A DNA stretch of 62,611 bases, the filler included, from Sphacelaria rigidula (lineage: Eukaryota): the NCBI GenBank assembly GCA_964200075.2. It is 4 parts of 4 records of this genome, joined end to end, with 100 filler letters (N's around TTAATTAATTAA, not from the genome) between each part and the next. Parts side by side here need not be neighbours in the genome. Positions count along the whole stretch, not along the records: positions 47,042 to 62,611 come from CAXNAA020001694.1; 3 more parts are not named here. One strand, given 5' to 3'. Shown here in pieces: positions 50,001 to 62,178 of this stretch. Under the pieces are notes generated by a model, which saw nothing but the letters and a program-made list of their open reading frames with translations, was not told the DNA's origin and made no database searches. Position numbers and translations under genes: made by a program. The stretch's first letter is position 1. Each line of letters opens with the position of its first letter.

Positions 50001-53000
50001 CCGACACGACCGAGACCAGCAGTGCACCTTTCTGGCCGGATCAGGGAGCCGCACGTTGACCTGTGGCAAGTGATCACTACGGAGTGTGCTTCCGATAGAA
50101 GGCAAATCTACCGGCCAGGGGTTGCCTTTCGACCCTCGTGACCTGCCGTCCGAGACCTGATCTCCGACACGAATGACATCCAGCAGTGCACCTTTTCGGT
50201 CGAGACAGAGACCCGAAGACACACCCGTGGTCAGCTGTTCCTACCGCGTGTACGTTGAACACAGAGCGAAAGTACTTGCCAGGTCTACCTTCCGGTCCTC
50301 CTGCCCTGACGTCCAACATCAGGTCCCCGACACGACCGAGACCAGCAGTGCACCTTTCTCGCCGGATCATGGAGCCGCACGTTGACCTGTGGCAAGTGAT
50401 CACTACGAAGTGTGCTTTCGATAGGAGGCAAATCTACCGGCCCGGGGTTACCTCTCGACCCTCGTGACCTGACGTCCGCGACCTGATCTCCGACACGAAT
50501 GACATCCAGCAGTGCACCTTTCCAGTCGGGACAGGACCCCGAACATCGACATGTGGCCAGTTGTTCTTATCCCGTGTACGGTAAGTACAGAGCGAAAGTA
50601 CTTGCCAGGGCTCACCTTTCGGTCCTCCTGCCCTGACGTCCAGGACAAGATCCCCGACATGACCGAGACCAGCAGTGCACCTTTCTGGCCGGATCAGAGA
50701 GCCGCACGTTGACCTGTGGCAAAAGATCACTACGAAGTGCGATTTCGATAGGGAGCACATCTACTGGCCCGGGGTCACCTCTCGACCCTCGGGCCCTGAC
50801 GTCCGAGACCTGATCTCCGACACGAATGACATCCAGCAGTGCACCCCTCTGCCCGGGACAGAGACCCGAAGACACACCCGTGGTCAGCTGTTCCTACCGC
50901 GTGTATGCTAAACAGAGAGCGGGGGTACTTGCCAGGTCTACCTTTCGGTCCTCCTGCGCTGACGTCCAACATCAGGTCCCGGACACGACCGAGACCAGCG
51001 GTGCACCTTTCTGGCCGGGTCAGGGAGCCGCACGTTGACCTGTGGCAAGTGATCACTACGAAGTGTGCTTTCGATAGAAGGCAAATCTACATGTCAGGGG
51101 TTACCTTTCGACCCTCGTGACCTGCCGTCCGAGACCTGATCTCCGACACAAATGACATCCAGCAGTGCACCTTTTCGGTCGGGACAGAGACCCGAATACT
51201 GACCTGTGCTCAGCTGTTCCTACCGCGTGTACGTTGAACACAGAGCGGAAGTACTTGCCAGGGCTCACCTTTCGGTCCTCCTGCGCTGACGTCCAACATC
51301 AGGTCCCCGACACGACCGAGACCAGCAGTGCACCTTTCTGGTCGGATCAGGGAGCCGCACGTTGACCCGTGGCGAGTGATCACTACAAAGTGCGCTTTCG
51401 ATAGGGAGCAGACCTACTGGCCCGGGGTCACCTCTCGACCCTCGGGCCCTGACGTCCGAGACCTGATCTCCGACACAAATGACATCCAGCAGTGCACCCC
51501 TCTGGCCGGGACAATAACCCGAATACTGACCTGTGGTCAGCTGTTCCTACCGCGTGTATGTTGAACACATAGCGAAAGTACTTGCCAGGTCTACCTTTCG
51601 GTCCTCCTGCGCTGACGTCCAACATCAGGTCCCCGACACGACCGAGACCAGCAGTGCACCTTTCTGGCCGGATCAGAGAGCCGCACGTTGACCTGTGGCA
51701 AGTGATCACTACAAAGTGTGCTTCCGATGGGAAGCAAATCTACCGACCCGGGGTCACCTCTCGACCCTCGTGACCTGACGTCCGAGACCTGATCTCCGAC
51801 ACGAATGACATCCAGCAGTGCACGCCTCTGGTCGGGACGGGAACCCGAATATTGACCTGTGGTCAGTTGTTCTTACCGCGGGTACGTTGAATAGAGAGGG
51901 CAAGTACTTGCCAGGTCTACCTTTCGGTCCTCCTGCCCTGACGTCCGAGACCTGATCCCCGACACGACCGAGACCAGCAGTGCACCTTTCTGGCCGGATC
52001 AGGGAGCCACACGTTGACCTGTGGCAAGTGATCACTACAAATTGTGCTTTCGATAGGAGGCAAATCTACCGGCCAGGGGTTACCTCTCGACCCTCGTGAC
52101 CTGCCGTCCGACACTTGATCTCCGACACGATTGACATCCAGCAGTGCACCCCTCTGGCCGGGACGGGAACCCGAATACTGACCTGTCGTCAGCTGTTCCT
52201 ACCGGGTGTACATTGAATAGAGAGGGCAAGTACTTGCCAGGGCTCACCTTCCGGTCCTCCTGCCCTGACGTCCAGGATAAGATCCCCGACACGACCGAGA
52301 CCAGCAGTGCACCTTTCCGGCCGGATCAGGGAGGCGCACGTTGACCTGTGGCAAGTGATCACTACAAAGTGTGCTTTCGATAGGGAGCAGATCTACTGGC
52401 CAGGGGTTACCTCTCGACCCTCGTGCCATGACCTGCAAGACCCGATCCCCGACACGAACGATTCTTGTCTCCCCTTCGGCGGGGGACAAACAGACGGCTG
52501 TTCACCTGTGGCAAGCGATTACTACCACGTGTACCAAGGATAGAAAGCAAGACTCCTTGCTGTTGCTCAATTTCCCATCCTCGTGTCCTGACGTCCGACA
52601 CCTGATCTCCGACACGAATGACATCCAGCAGTGCACCCCTCTGACCGGGACAGAGACCCGAATACTGACCTGTGCTCAGCTGTTCCTACCGCGTGTACGT
52701 TGAACACAGAGCGGAAGTACTTGCCAGGTCTACCTTTCGGTCCTCCTGCGCTGACGTCCAACACCGGGTCCCCGACACGACCGAGACCAGCAGTGCACCG
52801 TTCTGGGCGGATCAGGGAGCCGCACGTTGACCTGTGGCAAGTGATCACTACGAAGTGTGCTTTCGATAGGAAGCAAATCTACCGGCCAGGGGTTACCTCT
52901 CGACCCTCGTGACCTGCCGTCCGAGACCTGATCTCCGACACGAATGACATCCAGCAGTGCACCTTTCCGGTCGGGACAGGAACCCGAATACTGACCTGTG

Positions 53001-56000
53001 CTCAGCTGTTCCTACCGCGTGTACGTTGAACACAGAGCGGGGGTACTTGCCAGGTCTACCTTTCGGTCCTCCTGCGCTGACATCCAACATCGGGTCCCCG
53101 ACACGACCGAGACCAGCAGTGCACCTTTCTGGCCGGATCAGGGAGCCGCACGTTGACCTGTGGCAAGTGATCACCACGAAGTGTGCTTTCGATAGGAAGC
53201 AAATCTACCGGCCAGGGGTCAACTCTCGACCCTCGTTTCGATAGGAAGCAAATCTACCGGCCCGGGGTTAACTCTCGACCCTCGTGACCTGACGTCCGAG
53301 ACCTGATCTCCGACACGAATGACATCCAGCCGTGCACTTTTCTCGCCGGGGCAGAGAGCTGCATGTTGACCTGTGGGAGGTGATTCCTACAAAGTGTGTC
53401 TCCGGTAGAGAGCAGAACTACTTGCTACCGGTCAACGTTTGGCCCTCGTCCCCCGACCTCCAAGACCTGATCTCCGAAACGAATGATATTCACCTCCCCT
53501 CCGGCGGGGGACATACTGACGTATGTTGAGCTGTGGCAAGTAAGTACTACCAACTGTACCACGAATTGAGACCAGAACTACTTGCCAGGGCTCACCTTTT
53601 GGCCCCCGTGCCCTGACCTTCAAGATCTGATCTCCGACACGAACGACATCCAGCAGTGCACCCTTCGGGCCGGGGCAAGAAGCCGCACGTTGACCTGTGG
53701 CAAGTGATCACTACAAAATGTACCTCCAACAGGGAGCAGAACAAATTGTCAGGGATCAACTCCCGGCCCTCTTGCCCTGACCTCCAAGACCTGATCTCCG
53801 ACGCGAACGATATTTCCCTACCCTCCGGCGGGGGACATACAGACGGTTGTTGCCCAGTGGCAAGTAATAACTACTGGTTGTACCACGGATTGAAACCAAA
53901 ACCACTTGCCACGGCTTACTTTTTGACCCTCGTGCCGTGACAACCGAGACCATATATCCGACACGATCGATGTTCACCTCCCCTCCGACGGGGGACATAC
54001 AGACGGATGTTGACCTGTTGCAAGTAATTCCTACCAAGTGTACCACGGATAGAGAGCAAAACCAATTGCCAGGGTTCCACTTCCGGCCCTCGTGCCCCGA
54101 CGTTTAAGACCTGATCGCCGACACCAACGACATCCAGTAGTGCATCTTTTTGACCGAAGGGGAAACGCACGTTGACCTATGGCAAGTGATTACTGCCAAG
54201 TGTACCTCCGATATGGACCAGAGCTATTCACCAGGGGTCAACTCTCGGCACTCGTGCCCTAACCTCCAAGACATGATCCCCGACAAAAACGACATCTAGC
54301 ATCGCATCCTCCTGGCCGGAGCAGGGAGCTGCACGCTGACCTGTGGCAGGATATTACCATCGGGTGTACCACGGATTGAGCGAAGAAGAGCTTGCCAGCG
54401 CTTACCTTTCGGCCCTCGTGCCCTAACCTCGAAGACCTCATCCCCGACACGAAGAATATCCACCTCCCCTCCGGCGGGGGACATACAGACGATTGTTCAC
54501 CCGTTGCAAGTGATTACTACCAAGTGTACGGCGAACAGAGAGCAGAACTACTTGCCAGGGTTCACCTTATGGCCCTCGTGCCCTGACCTCCAAGATATGA
54601 TCTCCGACACGAATATCATCCAGCAGTGCACCCTTCTGGCCGGGACGGGAAGCCGCACGTTGACCTGTGGCAAGTGATCACTACAACGTGTACTTCCAAA
54701 AGGGAGCAGAACTACTTGCCAGGGGTCAACTCTTGGCCCTCGGGCCCTGACCTCCAAGACCTGATCTCCGACACGAACGATATTTACCTCCCCTCCGGCG
54801 GTGGACATACAGACGGTTGTTGACTTGTGGCAAGTGAGTACTACCAACTGTACCACGGATTAAAGCCAAACCTACTTGTCAGGGTTCACATTTTGGCCCT
54901 CGTGCTCTGCCGTCCAAAACCTGATCTCCGACACAATCGATATTCGCCTCCCCTCTGGCGGGGGGCATACAGACGGATGTTGACCTGTTGCAAGTAATTC
55001 CTACCAGGTGTACCACGGATAGAGAGAAGAGCTACTTGCCGGGGTACACTCTCGGCCCTCGTGCCCTGACGTCCAAGATATGATCCCCGACCCGAACAAC
55101 ATCCAGCAGTGCACCTTTCTGGCCGAAGGGGCAAGACGCACGTTGGTCTGTGGCAAGTAGTTTCTACAAAGTGTACCTCCGATATGGGGCAGAACTACTT
55201 GCCAGGGGTCAACTCTCGGCCCTCGTGCCCTGACCTCCAAGACCTGATCCCCGAGACAAACGACATCCAGCAGTGCACCCTTCATGGCGGGGCGGGACAC
55301 CGTACGTTGACCTGTTGCGAGTGATCACTATCAAGTGTATCTCCGATAGGGAGCAGAACAAATTGCCAGGGGTCAACTCTCGGCCCTCAGGCCCTGACTT
55401 CCAAGACCGGATCCCCGACACGAACGATATTTGCCTCCCCTCCGGCGGGAGACATACAGACGGTTGTTCACCTGTGGCAAGTAGTTACTACCAAGAGTAC
55501 CACTGATTGAAACCAGAACTACTTGCCAGGGGTCAACTCTCGGCCTTCGTGCCCTGATCTCTAAGACCTGATCTCCGACACGATCGATATTTGCCTCCCT
55601 TCCGGCGGGGGATATACAGACGTTTGTTCACCTGTTGCAAGTAATTCCCACCGGGTGTACCATGGATTGAGAGCAGAACTACTTGCCAGGGCTCACCTTT
55701 CGGCCCTCACGCCCTCTATCCAAGACCTGATTCTCGACAGGAACAATATTTACCTCCCCTCCGGCGGGGGACATACAAACGGTTGTTCACCTGTGGCAAG
55801 TAGGTACTACCAAGTGTAACACGAATTGAGACCAGAACTACTTGCCACGGCTCACCTTTTGACCCTCGTGCCATGACAACCAAGACCTGATCTCCAACAC
55901 GAACGATGTTCACCTTCCCTCCGGCGGGGGACATACAGACGGTTGTTAACCTGTGGCGAGTAATTCCTACCAGGTGTACCACGGATAGAGAGAAGAACTA

Positions 56001-59000
56001 ATTGCCAGGGTGCACCTTACGGCCCTCGTGCCCTGACGTCCAAGACCGGATCCCCGACACGAACGATATTTGCCTCCCCTCTGGCGGGGGACATACAGAC
56101 GGTTTTTGACCTGTTGCAAGTAATTCCCACCAGGTGTACCACGGATTGAGACCAGAACTACTTGCCAGGGGTCAACTCTCGGTCCTCGTGCCCTGATCTC
56201 CAAGACCTGATCTCCGACACGATCGATATTTGCCTCCCCTCCGGCGGGGGACATACAGACGGTTGTTCACCTGTCGCAAGTAATTCCCACCAGGTGTGCC
56301 ACGGATTGAGAGCAGAACTACTTGCCAGGGCTCACCTTTCGACCCTCACGCCCTCTATCCAAGACCTGATTCTCGACAGGAACAATATATACCTCCCTTC
56401 CGGCGGGGGACATACAGAGGGTTGTTGACCTGTTGCAAGTAATTCTCACCAGGTGTACCACGGATTGAGAGCAGAACTACTTGCCACGGCTCACCTTTTG
56501 GCCCTCGTGCCGTGACGACCAAGACCTGATAGCCGACACGATCGATGTTCACCTCCCCTCCGGCGGGAGACATACGGACGGTTGTTAATCTGTTGCAAGT
56601 AATTCCCACCGGGTGTATCACGGATTGAGATCAGAACTACTTGCCAGGGATCCACTCTCGGCCCTCACGCCCTGCATCCAAGACCTGATTCTCGACAGGA
56701 ACAATATTTACCTCCCCTCCGGCGGGGGGCATACAAACGGTTGTTGACCTGTGGCAAGTAGGTACTACCATCTATACCAAGGATTGAGACCAGAACTACT
56801 TGCCACGGCTCACCGTTTGGCCCTCGTGCCGTCACCTCCAAGACCTGATCTCCAACACGAACGATATTCACCTCCCCTCCGGCGGGGGACATACGGACGG
56901 ATGTTGATCTGTTCCGAGTAATTCCTACCAAGTGTACCACGGATTGAGATCAAACCTACATGCCAGGGATCCACTCTCGGCCCTCGTGTCCTGACCTCCA
57001 AGCCCTGATCTCCGACACGAACGATATTCACCTCCCCTCCGGCGGGGGACATACAGACGGTTGTTGACCTGTTGCAAGTTATTACTACCAGATGCACCAC
57101 GGACAAAGATCAGAATTCCTTGCCAGGGTTCCACTTTCGGCCCCCATGCCCTGCCGTCCAAGAACTGATCTCCAACACGAACAATATCCACCTCCCCTCC
57201 GGCGGGGGGCATACAGACGGATGTTGACCTGTTGCAAGCAATTCCTACCAGGTGTACCACGGATAGAGAGCAGAACTACTTGCCAGGGCTCGCCTTTCGG
57301 TCCTCGTGCCCTGACCACCAAGACCTGATCCCCGACACGAACGACATCCAGCAGTGCACCCTTCTGGCCGGGGTGGGAAGCCGCACGTTGACCTGTTGAA
57401 AGGGATTCCAACCAGGTGTAGCACGGATAGAGAGCAGACCTACTTGCCAGCGATAAACTCTCGGCCCTCGTGTCCTGACCTCCAAGACCTGATCCCCGAC
57501 ACGAACGACATCCAGCAATGCACCCTTCTGGCCGGGATGAGAAGCCGCACGTTGACCTGTGGCGAGTGATGATCAAGAAGTGTATCACGGATAGAGAGAA
57601 GAACTGCTTGCCACGGTTCCACTTTCGGCCCTCGTGCCCTGACCTCCAAGACCTGATCTCCGACACAATCGATATTTATCTCTCCTCCGGCGGGGGGCAT
57701 ACAGACGGATGTTGACCTGTTGCAAGCAATTCCTACCAGGTGTACCACGGATTGAGACCAGATCTACTTGCCAGGGATCAACTCTCGGCCGTCCTGCCCT
57801 GACGTCGAAGACCTGATCCCCGAGACAAACGACATCCAGCAGTGCACCCTCCTGGCCGGGGCGGGAAGCCGCACGTTGACCTGTGGCGAGTGATGACAAC
57901 CAAGTGTAGCACGGATAGAGAGCAAAACTACTTGCCAGGGCTCACCTTTCGATCCTCGTGCCCTGACCTCTAAGACCTGATCCCCGACACGGACGACATC
58001 CAGCAGTGCACCCTTCTGGCCGGGATGTGAAGCCGCAAGTTGATCTGTGGCAAGTGATCACTATAGCGTGCACTCCCGATAGGGAGCAGAACTACTCGTC
58101 AGGGGCAACTCCCGGCCCTCTTGTCCTGACCTCCAAGACCTGATCTCCGACACGAACGATATTCTCCTGCCCTATATCGGGGACATACAGACGGTTGCTC
58201 ACCTGTGGCAAGAAACTACTACCAAGTGTAACACTGATTGAAACCAGAACTACTTGCCACGGCTCACCGTTTGGCCCTCGTGCCGTGACGACCAAGACCT
58301 GATAGCCGACACGAACGATGTTCACCTCCCCTCCGGCGGGGGACATACGGACGGTTATTCACCTGTTGTAAGTAATTCCCACCAGGTGTACCATGGATTG
58401 AGACCAGAACTACTTGCCAGGGCTCACCTTTCGGCCCTCACGCCCTCTATCCAAGACCTGATTCTCGACAGGAACAATATTTACCTCCCCTCCGGCGGGG
58501 GACATACAAACGGTTGTTCACCTGTGGCAAGTAGGTACTACCAAGTGTAACACGAATTGAGACCAGAACTACTTGCCACGGCTCACCTTTTGGCCCTCGT
58601 GTCGTGACGACCAAGACCTGATCCCCGAAACGAACGATTTGTGCCTCCCCTCCGGCGGGGGACAAACGGACGGATGTTAACCTGTGGCGAGTAATTCCTA
58701 CCAGGTGTACCACGGATAGAGAGAAGAACTAATTGCCAGGGTGCACCTTACGGCCCTCGTGCCCTGACGTCCAAGACCTGATCCCCGAAACGAACGATAT
58801 CTGCCTCCCCTCCGGCGGGGGACAAACGGACGGATGTTGACCTGTTGCAAGTAATTCCTACCAGGTGTACCACGGATAGAGAGCAGACCTACTTGCCAGG
58901 GGTCAACTCTCGGTCCTCGTGCCCTGATCTCCAAGACCTGATCTCCGACACGATCGATATTTGCCTCCCCTCCGGCGGGGGACATACAGACGGTTGTTCA

Positions 59001-60660
59001 CCTGTCGCAAGTAATTCCCACCAGGTGTGCCACGGATTGAGAGCAGAACTACTTGCCAGGGCTCACCTTTCGACCCTCACGCCCTCTATCCAAGACCTGA
59101 TTCTCGACAGGAACAATATATACCTCCCTTCCGGCGGGGGACATACAGAGGGTTGTTGACCTGTTGCAAGTAATTCTCACCAGGTGTACCACGGATTGAG
59201 AGCAGAACTACTTGCCACGGCTCACCTTTTGGCCCTCGTGCCGTGACGACCAAGACCTGATAGCCGACACGATCGATGTTCACCTCCCCTCCGGCGGGAG
59301 ACATACGGACGGTTGTTAATCTGTTGCAAGTAATTCCCACCGGGTGTATCACGGATTGAGATCAGAACTACTTGCCAGGGATCCACTCTCGGCCCTCACG
59401 CCCTGCATCCAAGACCTGATTCTCGACAGGAACAATATTTACCTCCCCTCCGGCGGGGGGCATACAAACGGTTGTTGACCTGTGGCAAGTAGGTACTACC
59501 ATCTATACCAAGGATTGAGACCAGAACTACTTGCCACGGCTCACCGTTTGGCCCTCGTGCCGTCACCTCCAAGACCTGATCTCCAACACGAACGATATTC
59601 ACCTCCCCTCCGGCGGGGGACATACGGACGGATGTTGATCTGTTCCGAGTAATTCCTACCAAGTGTACCACGGATTGAGATCAAACCTACATGCCAGGGA
59701 TCCACTCTCGGCCCTCGTGTCCTGACCTCCAAGCCCTGATCTCCGACACGAACGATATTCACCTCCCCTCCGGCGGGGGACATACAGACGGTTGTTGACC
59801 TGTTGCAAGTTATTACTACCAGATGCACCACGGACAAAGATCAGAATTCCTTGCCAGGGTTCCACTTTCGGCCCCCATGCCCTGCCGTCCAAGAACTGAT
59901 CTCCAACACGAACAATATCCACCTCCCCTCCGGCGGGGGACAAACGGACGGATGTTGACCTGTTGCAAGTAATTCCTACCAGGTGTACCACGGATAGAGA
60001 GCAGACCTACTTGCCAGGGTCCCACTTTCGGCCGTCCTGCCCTGACGTCCAAGACCTGATCTTCGACACGAACGACATCCAGCAATGCACCCTTCTGGCC
60101 GGGATGGGAAGCCGCACGTTGACCTGTTGAAAGGGATTCCAACCAGGTGTAGCACGGATAGAGAGCAGACCTACTTGCCAGGGTCCCACTTTCGGCCGTC
60201 CTGCCCTGACGTCCAAGACCTGATCTTCGACACGAACGACATCCAGCAATGCACCCTTCTGGCCGGGATGAGAAGCCGCACGTTGACCTGTGGCGAGTGA
60301 TGATCAAGAAGTGTATCACGGATAGAGAGAAGAACTGCTTGCCACGGTTCCACTTTCGGCCCTCGTGCCCTGACCTCCAAGACCTGATCTCCAACACGAA
60401 CAATATTCATCTCCCCTCCGGCGGGGGGCATACAGACGGATGTTGACCTGTTGCAAGCAATTCCTACCAGGTGTACCACGGATTGAGACCAGATCTACTT
60501 GCCAGGGGTCAACTCTCGGCCGTCCTGCCCTGACATCCAAGACCTGATCCCCGAGACAAACAACACCCAGCAGTGCACCCTCCTGGCCGGGGCGGGAAGC
60601 CGCATGTTGACCTGTGGCGAGTGATGACAACCAAGTGTAGCACGGATAGAGAGCAAAACT
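47042..60660. repeat. Satellite array of roughly 84 monomers of ~160-164 bp, with two domains and higher-order repeats
   Basis: Left domain: AGCAGTGCAC recurs at 47571, 47733, 47897 and 48059, alternating A/B monomers with a 326-327 bp dimer. Right domain: CCTCCCCTCCGGCGGGGG recurs about every 159-160 bp (55751, 55911, 56071, 56231, 56390, 56550). The array runs off the contig start. Confidence 0.97.
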
Positions 60661-62110
60661 AATTGCGGAGGGAAAATCAAGCCGCTTCGTTTTCGGAGAA
60701 GTCTGGACCCAGAGTTCAAACAATCCGAAAAAAATGGAGATCTCCCAATAAACAGCGTCAATAATAACGGGCTCAAGTGCGCCGCCAATTTTGAAACCAT
60801 CTCTCATCTCCAAACGCTGCACACGAACGACATCACAGGCCACAGACACGTCAGCAATACAGGTAGCCGACCGTCAGCTTCAGAGTTTTGAATGGCTGCC
60901 CCGATACACACTGGTACTCCCACAATAGCCCGCAAAACTGCATAAGTGAGCGTCAAGTTTTCGTGGCATGATTTATCATATACTCTAGTATAGCCATGCC
61001 ATGCATGTATCAAGAAATTCCACGCCGATGCTCGCAGAGAGAAGGGAGTAGAGGGGGTTTCCCCATGAGTAGATCATCGACTATGAAACCACATCGACTT
61101 ATGGGTCAATCTCAAAATCAGACGTTGTATCAGCCTACTTTTCATCCTCGGTCCGTCGAACGTGATGGGTGCTTCTTGATTAACCTAGCCTGTAGAGCGT
61201 GCCCAACGTCTGTTGCTTTAGTACCGGAGGGAAATACCTCGCTCACAACACGGAATAAATGATGCAATGTTGATTTTTCGGCTTTATCCGACCCACGTAA
61301 CAGGTTTCGTTATTGGCAGACCTCACGGAAACAATCGACAAGATTCCTCGTGCCGAGTAAACTATCTACAATATGCAGCGCACAGACCTTTCTACAGAAG
61401 GCGTATCCTAGCATGTACGTTCTAAAACAACACAGTTGATGACGCCGGCATTCATTCGATTCTTCTGCTTTAGTCTATGGTACATTTGAAAGACTTTTAC
61501 ACAACGGTTTCTGGGCTGTAGCTGTTGCCGCAGGCGCTGTTCGCGCTAGTTGCAAGCCGTGCACTGTTTTCTGCCTTCATTGTTTCGACCAGGGCAACGA
61601 GTAACGACACTACTCGTGTCACTGCTCCTACACTTAGGTCCACCCGAGAGCGCAGCACCCGGTCTGACGAAACACCCGAAGCCCTTGACCCCTTGGGAAC
61701 TTAGGCCCTATATATTGGAGAAATATCTCCAGCTGACGTTCTTCGCCGATGGACGCGGCGCTATAGCTAAGAAGCAGCATCTCTCTGTTTGTGATCACGA
61801 GTCCCACTGACAAAACACACCGTGTGCCTCGACGGACATACAAACAGTATCGTTTCGTAGGTCCCAACCCCTGACTGTGGTAAAACTAAAACCCATGAAC
61901 CAGAGCCGTTACTCTTCACATACTTCCAGCTGTTCAAACAAGGTAACACCAGCAGCGCTCAAGGGCGGGGAAATCGTTTTGCTCTCCTGCGGTACCTGAG
62001 GTGGTAGTTGAACCAACGCGGTAACCTATCGTCTACAGGGGCCACGGAAAACTCCGCCTTCGGGGCATCATTCATCCTCCGGGGGATCACGTTTGGGCAT
62101 CGCTGACACA

Positions 62111-62117
<7 letters not shown>

Positions 62118-62176
<59 letters not shown>
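62118..62176. repeat. (CA)n microsatellite
   Basis: Uninterrupted CA run. Other runs lie at about 31010-31038 and in the SINE tails. Confidence 0.95.

Positions 62177-62178
<2 letters not shown>

Noticed and set aside
47042-60660. Satellite as a giant repeat-protein gene; many ORFs, with LRR-like LQDLISDTNDI / IQDLILDRNNI peptides
   Set aside because: Monomer lengths (159-164 bp) and dimer lengths (326/327 bp) do not keep frame. Many copies have an in-frame TGA (TGT TGA CCT), and the variation does not look synonymous-biased.
53300-60660. A 49-nt GT...TTGCCAG mini-intron per monomer leaving 111-nt exons (exon-shuffling array)
   Set aside because: Many monomers lack the AG (TTGCCAC) or the GT (GC, GA). 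The 159-bp monomers break frame. The apparent splice signals are better explained as the arms of the dyad. Spliced RNA-seq reads would overturn this.
47042-60660. CRISPR-like or integron-like repeat-spacer array
   Set aside because: The whole monomer is homologous between units, with no unique spacers. There are no cas or integrase genes, and the context is eukaryotic.
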